From positions 334 through 21,143 of the forward strand of contig NZ_JBHSTI010000005.1 of the NCBI RefSeq assembly GCF_042660085.1: a stretch of DNA of 20,810 nt. Direction: 5' to 3'. The notes beneath the pieces are model-generated. The model saw only the letters and a program-made list of their open reading frames with translations. It had not been told where the DNA came from and made no database searches. This document shows positions 7,940 to 15,616 of the stretch, piece after piece; positions within the stretch are counted from its first letter, which is position 1; each line of letters starts with the position of its first letter. A program made the translations under genes and the position numbers. This DNA is from Longivirga aurantiaca. Lineage in GTDB: Bacteria; Actinomycetota; Actinomycetes; S36-B12; CAIYMF01.

Positions 7940-8623
7940 ATGCCTGACTCCTGGGTCGCGTTATTGATCGCACTGTTGGCTGTCGTACCCGGCTTTCTGA
8001 CAGTGACCATTTGGGCTAGGTCGCGGACATGGCGGGGTCCGACTGGTGACCTTCGGACCATCCTTCAAGCACTGGCAATTAGCGCCGTGATCCAGGTGGT
8101 GCTGTTCCCGCTCACTGTCATGGTCGTGTTGCCGCATTGGCGCTCGCCGGATGACTACGCCGTCTCACTTGGGGCATGGCTCCTCCTTACGGTTCTCGCG
8201 TTCCCAGTGGTGTTGGGTCTTGGGACGGCGCGGTTGACCGACTGGGTCTTTCCACTCAGGACGGCCGATACGAACTTCGGCTGGCTCCGACGATTCCTAC
8301 GCGGCGCGATCAAGCCGGTCGCGCCTCCGACGATGTGGGATTGGTGGCTCACCGAAGGTGTCCCGAATGGGCGATTCGTCCTTGCCAAGTTCCGTGATGG
8401 CTCGTATATCGGTGGCGTCTTCTCAGATGGTTCTATGGCGCTGACATCCCCGGAGCCGCACGGCATCTATCTGGCGAGTGAGTGGCTTGTGGATGAGGCA
8501 GGGGACTTCGTGGGCGAGATTCCGCAAACTGGCGGTGTGCTGCTGCCGCTCCGAGAAGACATACTGTGGCTACGGGTTCAAGGCGATAACGGGACGTCAG
8601 AGGTTGGTGACGATCGTGCCTAG
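7940..8623 (+). CDS. DUF6338-like membrane protein
   Basis: N-terminal hydrophobic helices (WVALLIALLAVVPGFLTVTIW; ILQALAISAVIQVVLFPLTVMVVL; AWLLLTVLAFPVVLGLG) and a soluble domain: PPTMWDWWLTEGVPNGRFVLAKFRDGSYIGGVF...SPEPHGIYLASEWLVDEAGDFVGEIPQTGGVLLPLREDI. Family name is from recall. Confidence 0.75.
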   Translation: MPDSWVALLIALLAVVPGFLTVTIWARSRTWRGPTGDLRTILQALAISAVIQVVLFPLTVMVVLPHWRSPDDYAVSLGAWLLLTVLAFPVVLGLGTARLTDWVFPLRTADTNFGWLRRFLRGAIKPVAPPTMWDWWLTEGVPNGRFVLAKFRDGSYIGGVFSDGSMALTSPEPHGIYLASEWLVDEAGDFVGEIPQTGGVLLPLREDILWLRVQGDNGTSEVGDDRA

Positions 8624-8735
8624 TCAGAAGGCGCTGCCGGCGGCGCAGGAGACAAAGGGTCAAGCGCCAGGGTCAGGCAAGGTGCCCTCGACGCCGCCAC
8701 CTCCGAAGCCCAGTGCGACGAGGCGAGGAGCGTGA
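8616..8735 (+). CDS. Candidate proline-rich small protein A (39 aa)
   Basis: GTG 8616 overlaps the DUF6338-like stop (8621-8623); MPSQKALPAAQETKGQAPGSGKVPSTPPPPKPSATRRGA. Confidence 0.45.
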   Translation: MPSQKALPAAQETKGQAPGSGKVPSTPPPPKPSATRRGA

Positions 8736-8741
8736 CAGTCG

Positions 8742-8855
8742 ATGGCTGACGATCAGGGGCAGAGAGGCTCGGTCCTCGGCAATGGTCGGGTTCCGAAGAC
8801 CCCGCCTCCTCCCAAGGCAACGCCTCCCAGCAAGCCAAGCGGTAGCAAGTCCTAA
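8742..8855 (+). CDS. Candidate proline-rich small protein B (37 aa)
   Basis: ATG 8742 with GAGGAG 11 nt upstream; MADDQGQRGSVLGNGRVPKTPPPPKATPPSKPSGSKS. Shares the G[K/R]VPxTPPPPK block with protein A. Confidence 0.5.
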   Translation: MADDQGQRGSVLGNGRVPKTPPPPKATPPSKPSGSKS

Positions 8856-8874
8856 CGTCGGCGGAAGCGGACCA

Positions 8875-8991
8875 GTGGGAAAGAAGGTGACGGGAGGCGC
8901 CGTCACTGGCAAGGGCGGCGTGCCCAGCAATCCGCCCCCGAAGGCGGGCGACAAGGGAGCTGGGTCCAGGAAGCCGCCGCACGGGGCTTAG
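8875..8991 (+). CDS. Candidate proline-rich small protein C (38 aa)
   Basis: GTG 8875 (alternative GTG 8887); MGKKVTGGAVTGKGGVPSNPPPKAGDKGAGSRKPPHGA, related GxVPSNPPPK block. Confidence 0.4.
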   Translation: MGKKVTGGAVTGKGGVPSNPPPKAGDKGAGSRKPPHGA

Positions 8992-10525
8992 CCAAAGCAG
9001 GACGGGCCGCGATCCTGGTCACTCGTCCCCGTCTCGTCCCCCAGCAACGATCATGGGTTGACACGAGAGGGCCCATTGGCGCTCGCATCGGGCTGTTCTG
9101 GTACATCCGCGCAAGCGTGACGCCTGCCTGCGACGCCCTCGTAATGCGTAGGTCATCGGTTCGATTCCGATAGGCGGCTCCATCTTCAAGTCTCTGACCT
9201 GCGGCGATGCTGTCGGGGTCACCCTCGGGATCGTCGTCTGAGGGCGAGTTGCTCACATGTTGCTCACGGACTCGCTGGGATGCGTCGTCTGCGCGCGGCA
9301 CGAGGGACCACGCCTTGGCAGCTGCTTCGCTTCCGACGCCGGGCAGCAGGTGGGTGTAGGTGTCCGAGGTGATGGCCACGGAGGAGTGTCCGAGCCGCTT
9401 GCTGACCACGACGATGTCGACGCCGGCGGCGAGCATGAGCGAGGCCTGGCCGTGGCGCAGGTCGTGCAGTCGGATGCGTCGTAGCCCGATCTCTTCGGCG
9501 AGTTCCTGGAAGCGGTCGGAGAGCCGGTCGGGGTGCAGGGGTACGCCGTCGGGCCGGGGGAACACGAGGTCGTGGTCGTTGTAGGCGTCGCCGAGCGGCG
9601 CGCGGGCGGCGTCCTGGCGCAGGCGGTGGGCGAGCAGCACGCCGACCGTGTGCGGGTCGAGGTCGACGACGCGGTCCTCTCCGCTGGCGGTCTTCGGTCG
9701 CCCGAATGCGATGCGCCCGTGGTCGGCGCCGCACTGCGCGCACGGGCGGGAGAAGCGCGCGGTGAGGGTGACGACCTGCTGGCGTACGTGGAGCCGGTTG
9801 CGTTCGAGGTCGACGTCGGACCAGCGCAGCCCGGCCGCCTCTCCGCGGCGTAGACCGGTGGCGGCCAGGAGCTGGAACGCGGGCCCGAGCGGGTCGTGGT
9901 CGGCGTGGTCGAGGAACCGGCCGAGCTCCTCGGGCTCCCACGGGCGCACGCGCGGACGCGGCACCGACGGCAGGTCGATGTTCGCGGCCGGGTTCGTGGG
10001 GATCAGGCGCGACTTCACCGCCGAGCCCAGCGCCGAGCGGAGCGAGGCGTGCACGCGGCGCAGGGTGGCTGGCTTCATCTGACGGTCGGCCTGGATGGAG
10101 CGCAGGGCGCTCTCGACGTCGTGGGGGCTCAGGTCGCGCAGGCGCACGTGCCCGATGCGGGGGATGAAGTACTGATGCACGTGCGCGGTGTACGTCGCGG
10201 CGGTGGTGGGCCGGACGCCGTCGGCGACCTTGCCGGCCAGCCAGTCGAGCAGGAACTGCCCGACGGTGATGCTGTTGACCGCGACGCCGACGCCGCGGGA
10301 GCCGGCGTCGATCACCTCGGCGAGCGCCTTCTCCGCGTCCTTCTTGGTCGCGAACCCGAACCGGGTGAGCTGACGGCGCGCGACGTGCTCGCCGTCCGGG
10401 TTCGGTCCCGGCCCGAGGTCGACGGTGTAGCCCCAGGACCCGTGCTTCTCGGAGCAGGCCTTGCGCCGGCCGCGTGAGTCGAAGACGGCGGGGCACTGGC
10501 AGCGCTTGCGAACGGTTCCGCGCAT
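8903..10525 (-). CDS. Tyrosine recombinase/phage-type integrase; frame reads through the Thr tRNA fragment, so the distal C-terminus is probably not native
   Basis: MRGTVRKRCQCPAV... N-terminus; core-binding region TVGQFLLDWLAGKV...RPTTAATYTAHVHQYFIP; catalytic motifs TGLRRGE, LHDLRHGQ, LGHSS, SDTYTHL. ATG preceded by GGGAGG. Confidence 0.95.
   Translation of the reverse strand: MRGTVRKRCQCPAVFDSRGRRKACSEKHGSWGYTVDLGPGPNPDGEHVARRQLTRFGFATKKDAEKALAEVIDAGSRGVGVAVNSITVGQFLLDWLAGKVADGVRPTTAATYTAHVHQYFIPRIGHVRLRDLSPHDVESALRSIQADRQMKPATLRRVHASLRSALGSAVKSRLIPTNPAANIDLPSVPRPRVRPWEPEELGRFLDHADHDPLGPAFQLLAATGLRRGEAAGLRWSDVDLERNRLHVRQQVVTLTARFSRPCAQCGADHGRIAFGRPKTASGEDRVVDLDPHTVGVLLAHRLRQDAARAPLGDAYNDHDLVFPRPDGVPLHPDRLSDRFQELAEEIGLRRIRLHDLRHGQASLMLAAGVDIVVVSKRLGHSSVAITSDTYTHLLPGVGSEAAAKAWSLVPRADDASQRVREQHVSNSPSDDDPEGDPDSIAAGQRLEDGAAYRNRTDDLRITRASQAGVTLARMYQNSPMRAPMGPLVSTHDRCWGTRRGRVTRIAARPALAKPRAAASWTQLPCRPPSGADCWARRPCQ
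9138..9182 (+). mobile_element. tRNA-Thr(CGT)-like 3'-end fragment, candidate att site
   Basis: CTCGTAA-TGCGT-AGGTC-ATCGG-TTCGATT-CCGAT-AGGCGGC-T-CCA: anticodon loop (CGT), T arm, 3' acceptor strand and CCA. No acceptor 5' strand (GCCGCCT) or D arm upstream. Confidence 0.8.
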
Positions 10526-10547
10526 GACTGGTCCTCCCTCGGTGCTG

Positions 10548-10811
10548 CTACTGCGATACCGGACCGGCGACGGTTGCGCCAGCGCTGGGCGGTGAGCCTG
10601 CGGACGACACGCCGGCGCTGTCCGAGTCGTCGACGAGGCGTAGCAACGCAGCGGTGGGGATCCGGATGAGCTTGCCGACGCGCAGGACCGTGGTGGGCCA
10701 CAGGTCGGCTTTGACGAGCTCGTAGGCCAGGGTGCGTCCGATGCCCAGCACGCGCGCGGCTGTGGGCAGGTCGACCAGGGGTGGGAGCTGCTCTATCTCG
10801 GTGCGGTTCAC
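10548..10811 (-). CDS. Excisionase-like helix-turn-helix DNA-binding protein
   Basis: MNRTEIEQLPPLVDLPTAARVLGIGRTLAYELVKADLWPTTVLRVGKLIRIPTAALLRLVDD matches the HTH_17/MerR-like excisionase pattern. GTG start 10811 with AGGAG upstream; next to the integrase. Confidence 0.85.
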   Translation of the reverse strand: MNRTEIEQLPPLVDLPTAARVLGIGRTLAYELVKADLWPTTVLRVGKLIRIPTAALLRLVDDSDSAGVSSAGSPPSAGATVAGPVSQ

Positions 10812-10942
10812 GGGGATCTCCTGACTGTCCGTTGCCCCGCGGCAGCGGTGGCACGACAAGGTGCGCACCGAAGGGCACCGACACGCGTCGGACGCAGACG
10901 GCTGCGTCGCCAGCTGCGTTACCTGGCGGTGTCGGTTGCTGG

Positions 10943-11168
10943 GACTCCGTCACGCGACTCCGCCGCCGCCGCGCTGACTGTCATGGACTCCGTCACCGAC
11001 TCCGTCACGGACTCCGTCACCGGGTGGGGGCCGTCCTCCGACTCCGTCACGGCGCTGACGGCGGTGCCAGCGCTGTCACGGAGTCCGTCATTGACTCCGT
11101 TACGGCGCCGAGGTTGGTGCCCGGGCTGTCGTGGAGTCCGTCACCGACTCCGTCACCGACTCCGTCAC
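10943..11168 (+). repeat. Cluster of GACTCCGTCAC direct repeats
   Basis: Exact 11-mers at 10943, 10986, 10998, 11010, 11040, 11146, 11158; near copies GAGTCCGTCAT 11081, GACTCCGTTAC 11093, GAGTCCGTCAC 11134. Steps of 12 bp within groups. Confidence 0.9.
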
Positions 11169-11338
11169 GTGTCACTGGGCTCCCTCACGTTGAAGGCCCC
11201 GACCCCAGCCCCCGGCATCGAGGACGCGCCTCCCTGGTCCGGCGAGCCCTTCAGCACGGCGTGTCGTCCACAGCCGGTGGTGCGGCGCTGACGCCGGGCT
11301 TCTTCGCCAACTGTGACCCTGGCTAGCTGGAGGTGAGG

Positions 11339-11701
11339 ATGGTCGACGTCGACGATGGGGGAAGCCGCGCGCGGGCGGCGCTGGAGTGCGCGTTGGTGGG
11401 CCTTCTGGCCGATCTGCGCCAGCACTGGCGCGACCACGCCGTGTCCCTCGGTGTCATCGGCGCCACAGAGCGTATGAGCGCGATCCTGCGCGCTCCGAGC
11501 TCGGGGAAGGTAGGCCACGGCGCGCTCTCCGGCGGGCCGGCCGAGCGCTTGGTGTCGGCGCGTGCCGCGGTGGTCTTCCTCGTCGACAACGCCGAAGCCT
11601 TGGACCTGTCAGCTGAACTGCTCCTGCTGCTTGCCCGGGCGGCGCACGCGCTCTCGGCGGCCGAACGTGTGCTGCTCCCCGGCTCCTGGGAAGCACGCTG
11701 A
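11339..11701 (+). CDS. Hypothetical protein
   Basis: ATG 11339 with GGAGG upstream (gctggaggtgaggATG; GTG 11333 alternative); [41 protein letters not shown]...[38 protein letters not shown]. Confidence 0.5.
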   Translation: MVDVDDGGSRARAALECALVGLLADLRQHWRDHAVSLGVIGATERMSAILRAPSSGKVGHGALSGGPAERLVSARAAVVFLVDNAEALDLSAELLLLLARAAHALSAAERVLLPGSWEAR

Positions 11702-12219
11702 CGGACGTACGACGACCCCGCCGGAATGAGGGGTATCCAGATGCCAGCGCGTGCGGTGGTTCAGGTCTTGCTCGTGACGGAGTCGCCGACCGTCGCTGTC
11801 AGCGTCGCGGCTGGGTTCCTGTCGCCGGCATGGTGCACCGCGACCGCGCGGGGTCAGCTGACGATCCGGGTTCGTGTCGTGCCGGGTTGTCACATCACGT
11901 GCTGCCTGGTTCGGGCGCGAAAGTGCCTGTTGTGAATGCGGAATCGGATGATGACGGCCGTCCGCTCCTTGGAGCCAGAGGAGTGGCTGGCGGTGACGGG
12001 ATCGACGCGTCAGCCGATCGGCGCTGCGCGTTGTTGGTCGGGGAGACTCGGTACCTCGTCGTCGACGCGACTGAGCCTCAACGACTCACCGGGACAACGC
12101 CGCGTCCGGCGTTCGGGCTGCTCACCAGCCGCTCGGGTGCACGAGCCGTATGGCGTCATCGCCCGCTGACCGCCGGGCTCAAAGGGAGCGAGGTACACCC
12201 GGTCAGTAGCGTCAACGCC

Positions 12220-13332
12220 ATGTCTGCCGACCACCTTGCCGACCTGTCCGCCGCCGGAGTCTCGATCTGGCTCGACGACCTCGACCGCAGCCGCCTGTCG
12301 GGCGGCGGTCTGGCCGCCCTCGTCGCGGGGTCGCACGTCGTCGGTGTGACGACGAACCCGTCCATCTTCGAGAAGGCGATCGTCTCGGGCGCCGCGGCGT
12401 ACGCCGACCAAGTGCACGACCTCGCGATCCGCGGCGTCGACCTGGGCGAGGCGGTGCGGGCGATGACGACGTACGACGTGCGCTGGGCCTGCGACGTTCT
12501 GGCACCGGTGTACGAGCACTCGGGCGGTGTCGACGGCCGGGTGAGCATCGAGGTCGACCCGCGGCTGTCCGCCGACACCGAGGCCACGGTGGCCGAGGCC
12601 AAGGCGCTGCACTGGTCGGTCGACCGTCCCAACCTGCTGGTGAAGATCCCCGCCACCATCGAGGGCCTGCCCGCCATCACCGAGGTGCTCGCGGCCGGCA
12701 TCAGCGTCAACATCACGCTGATCTTCTCGGTCGAGCGCTATCGGGGTGTGCTGGACGCCTGGCTCGCCGGGCTGGAGAAGGCGCAGGCCAACGGCCACGA
12801 CCTCGCGACCATCGAGTCGGTGGCGTCGTTCTTCGTCAGCCGCGTCGACTCCGAGGTCGACAAGCGCCTCGGACCCGACTCCCCGCTGTGCGGCACCGCC
12901 GCCATCGCCAACGCGCGCATCGCGCACGAGGCGTTCGCCCAGGTGATCGCCTCGGACCGGTGGACGGCGCTGGCCGCGGCCGGGGCGCACGTGCAGCGAC
13001 CGCTGTGGGCCTCGACCGGGGTCAAGGACCCGGCGTACTCCGACACCCGCTACGTCATCGACCTCGTCACCGCCGACACCGTCAACACGATGCCCGAGGC
13101 GACCCTGGACGCCGTGCGCGACCACGGCGCGGTGCAGGGCGACACCGTGGTGCCCGAGTACGCCGCGGCCCACGCCGCGCTCGACGCGCTGACCGCCGCC
13201 GGGATCGACCTCGACGACGTCTTGCAGGTGCTCGAGGACGAGGGCGTCGACAAGTTCGTCCAGTCGTGGAACCAGCTCCTCGAGGCCGTCACCACCGCGC
13301 TCGCCGAGGCGCGCGCGGCTGCAGGGCGCTGA
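12220..13332 (+). CDS. tal: Transaldolase
   Basis: [88 protein letters not shown] 12220; the ORF-track 5' extension to 11830 is not supported. Confidence 0.95.
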   Translation: MSADHLADLSAAGVSIWLDDLDRSRLSGGGLAALVAGSHVVGVTTNPSIFEKAIVSGAAAYADQVHDLAIRGVDLGEAVRAMTTYDVRWACDVLAPVYEHSGGVDGRVSIEVDPRLSADTEATVAEAKALHWSVDRPNLLVKIPATIEGLPAITEVLAAGISVNITLIFSVERYRGVLDAWLAGLEKAQANGHDLATIESVASFFVSRVDSEVDKRLGPDSPLCGTAAIANARIAHEAFAQVIASDRWTALAAAGAHVQRPLWASTGVKDPAYSDTRYVIDLVTADTVNTMPEATLDAVRDHGAVQGDTVVPEYAAAHAALDALTAAGIDLDDVLQVLEDEGVDKFVQSWNQLLEAVTTALAEARAAAGR

Positions 13333-13369
13333 GCCCTGACTGCACGCTGCGCTGATTCAAGGAGAATCT

Positions 13370-14395
13370 ATGGCTCTACGGCTCGGTTACAAGGCGTCCG
13401 CGGAGCAGTTCGGCCCTCGCGACCTCGTCGAGTTCGCCGTCCTGGCCGAGCAGGTGGGCCTCGACAGCGTCGTGACCTCCGACCACTTCCTGCCCTGGCG
13501 CGAGACCGGCGGGCACGCGCCCTTCGCCCTCGCGTGGATGGCGGCCGTGGCCGAGCGCACCGAGCGGGTGATCATCGGCACGAGCGTGCTGACGCCGACG
13601 TTCCGCTACAACCCCGCGGTCATCGCGCAGGCGTTCGCGACGATGGCGCTGCTGGCGCCCGACCGCATCATGCTCGGCGTCGGCACGGGCGAGGCCCTCA
13701 ACGAGATCGCGGTGTCGGGCCGCGAGTGGCCGGAGTTCAAGGAGCGCTCGGCCCGCCTGCGCGAGGCGATCGACCTCATGCGCCAGCTCTGGACCGAGAG
13801 CCACGTCGACTTCCGCGGCGAGCACTACACGACCGTCGGCGCGAAGATCTACGACAAGCCGGCCGAGGCCCTCCCCATCTACATCGCGGCGGGCGGGCCG
13901 CAGATGGCCAAGTACGCCGGCCGCGCCGGCGACGGCTTCATCTGCACCTCGGGCAAGGGCATGGACCTCTACACCGAGCAGCTCATGCCGGCGCTGCACG
14001 AGGGCGCGACCTCGGTCGGCCGCACGGTCGACGACCTCGACCGCATGATCGAGATCAAGATCTCCTACGACCGCGACGCGTGGTCGGCCCTCGAGAACAC
14101 GCGCTTCTGGGCACCGCTGTCGCTCACCGCCGAGCAGAAGCACGACGTGTCGTCGGCCGAGGAGATGGAGTGGCTGGCCGACCAGCTCCCCATCGAGCAA
14201 GTCGCGAAGCGCTGGATCGTCAGCAGCGACCCCGACGAGACCGTGGCGATGATCAAGCCGTACATCGACGCCGGCCTCAACCACCTCGTGTTCCACGGCC
14301 CCGGCCACGACCAGGCCCGGTTCCTGCACCAGATGGCAGAGGACGTCATCCCGAGGCTTCGCGCGATGGAGGCCCCACCTCGTCGGCCGGCCTAG
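13370..14395 (+). CDS. fgd: F420-dependent glucose-6-phosphate dehydrogenase-like luciferase-family oxidoreductase
   Basis: [103 protein letters not shown] precedes the ATG. Confidence 0.92.
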   Translation: MALRLGYKASAEQFGPRDLVEFAVLAEQVGLDSVVTSDHFLPWRETGGHAPFALAWMAAVAERTERVIIGTSVLTPTFRYNPAVIAQAFATMALLAPDRIMLGVGTGEALNEIAVSGREWPEFKERSARLREAIDLMRQLWTESHVDFRGEHYTTVGAKIYDKPAEALPIYIAAGGPQMAKYAGRAGDGFICTSGKGMDLYTEQLMPALHEGATSVGRTVDDLDRMIEIKISYDRDAWSALENTRFWAPLSLTAEQKHDVSSAEEMEWLADQLPIEQVAKRWIVSSDPDETVAMIKPYIDAGLNHLVFHGPGHDQARFLHQMAEDVIPRLRAMEAPPRRPA

Positions 14396-14609
14396 GGCAG
14401 CGTCCGCGAGCGCCGCTCGCGTTGTGTCACCGCTAGCGACCGGGCCAATGCCGCTGCGGAGTCCAAGACGGGGGCATGTCGGGTAGTCGTCGCCCTCGGC
14501 TCCAGCCGCAAGCCGTCGCGAATCACCGCGTTGGGCGCCGGGCTGTACATCGTTGGCGCACCAAGCGCGCGAGCGGAACGAATCCAACGCTCGGGGCGGC
14601 GTTGTCGGG

Positions 14610-15386
14610 TCAGGCCAGGACGATGTCTCCTCGACCGTGCGCTTCCTGCAGCATGGGCACGAGCACGTCCGGATCCGCGAACAGCCGCTCCACCTGCTTC
14701 GGGTCGCGGCGCCAGAGCTCCGCCACGAAGCGCGAGACGCCATCCGGGAAGATGTCCTCCTCGCCAGCGTCGATGCCGTCGAGGATGCCTTCCGCCACCC
14801 CTCGTGCCGACGACTTCAGGGTGTCGAACTCGCGGATCATGTCCGTGTCGACACCGCCAGGGTAGGCACCGCTGATGCGAATGCCGAGAAGCTTCAGCGC
14901 GGGGCGCATCGATTGGGTGAGGGACTGCAGCGCCGCCTTGGAAGCGGAATACCCGTCCCATCCGTTGGAGCCCGAGAACGCCTGCAGGGACATGACGTTC
15001 ACGACGACTCCGCCGCCGTTCGACTCCAGGACGGGTGTGAAGGCTCGGATCACATCCAGCGTGCCGAACGTATTCGTCATGACCATCGACACCATGGTCG
15101 CTCGATCGCTAAGCAGAGCGGATCCAGTGCTGAGTGTCGCGGCGTTGTTGATCAGCAGAGTTACGTCCGTGGCGACGCTGGCAGCCTCGACGATCGAGGT
15201 CGCGTCCTGGAGGTCGAGGTGAAGTGCCACGACCTTCTCCGGGTAGTCACTCACCAGTGGCTCCAACGCGGCGAGGCTGCGTCCGGTGGCGTAGACGCGG
15301 CGCGCGCCTCGCCGGACAAGCTCGGAGACGAGTTCCCGGCCGACTCCTCGATTCGCGCCTGTGACGAGTGCCGTCTGGCCGGTCAT
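14610..15386 (-). CDS. Short-chain dehydrogenase/reductase (SDR) family protein
   Basis: TALVTGANRGVGRELV, LLINNAA, YSASKAALQSLTQSMRPAL (YxxxK), ISGAYPGGVDTDM. ATG 15386 preceded by GGAGGGAG. Confidence 0.92.
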   Translation of the reverse strand: MTGQTALVTGANRGVGRELVSELVRRGARRVYATGRSLAALEPLVSDYPEKVVALHLDLQDATSIVEAASVATDVTLLINNAATLSTGSALLSDRATMVSMVMTNTFGTLDVIRAFTPVLESNGGGVVVNVMSLQAFSGSNGWDGYSASKAALQSLTQSMRPALKLLGIRISGAYPGGVDTDMIREFDTLKSSARGVAEGILDGIDAGEEDIFPDGVSRFVAELWRRDPKQVERLFADPDVLVPMLQEAHGRGDIVLA

Positions 15387-15480
15387 GCCGCTCCCTCCAC
15401 GTGGGAGCCGGAGACTACCGGGCGCCCGACAGACCTGCAATGGCTTGAACGGTATCGGTTTTGGAGACTTCAGCTACCGC

Positions 15481-15497
15481 ATCGAAACGGTCTCGAT
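15481..15497. promoter_or_regulatory. Candidate operator in the SDR/ABC-transporter divergent intergenic region
   Basis: ATCGAaacggtcTCGAT, 5-bp perfect arms in a 17-bp window, between divergent starts 15386(-) and 15617(+). Confidence 0.35.
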
Positions 15498-15616
15498 TCG
15501 CCTGAGTCTTTCGAGCGCCCGGTTGACGGGGTGTGTGACGGCCACTACATTCCGGCGCGGTGGGACCCGAGGTCCTGCTTCGCGCACGTCCTGCTCACCG
15601 ACCCTTTGGAGTGTCG

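Noticed and set aside
6621-9182. Calling either tRNA-like fragment an intact tRNA gene
   Set aside because: Neither has an acceptor 5' strand or D arm upstream; only the 3' part from the anticodon loop is present.
9019-9222. Minus-strand ORF containing EPPIGIEPMTYALRGRRR
   Set aside because: Same kind of tRNA-antisense artefact, from the Thr fragment; not a protein family.
9264-10496. 410-aa plus-strand ORF antisense to the integrase
   Set aside because: Extremely Arg/Pro-rich translation opposite a canonical tyrosine recombinase.
10943-11168. CRISPR array
   Set aside because: 11-bp units at 12-bp steps with essentially no spacers, and no cas genes; not CRISPR architecture.
10848-11291. 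Plus-strand ORF encoding a TDSVTDSVTDSVT repeat
   Set aside because: The repeats occur in several phases with spacings that are not all multiples of 3, and the rest lacks coding character; a DNA-level repeat array fits better.
12010-13173. 387-aa minus-strand ORF antisense to transaldolase
   Set aside because: Antisense shadow of a strongly supported CDS; no motifs or RBS support.
13376-14743. 455-aa minus-strand ORF antisense to fgd
   Set aside because: Shadow ORF of high-GC codon bias opposite a clearly recognisable enzyme; Arg/His/Pro-rich with no family signal.
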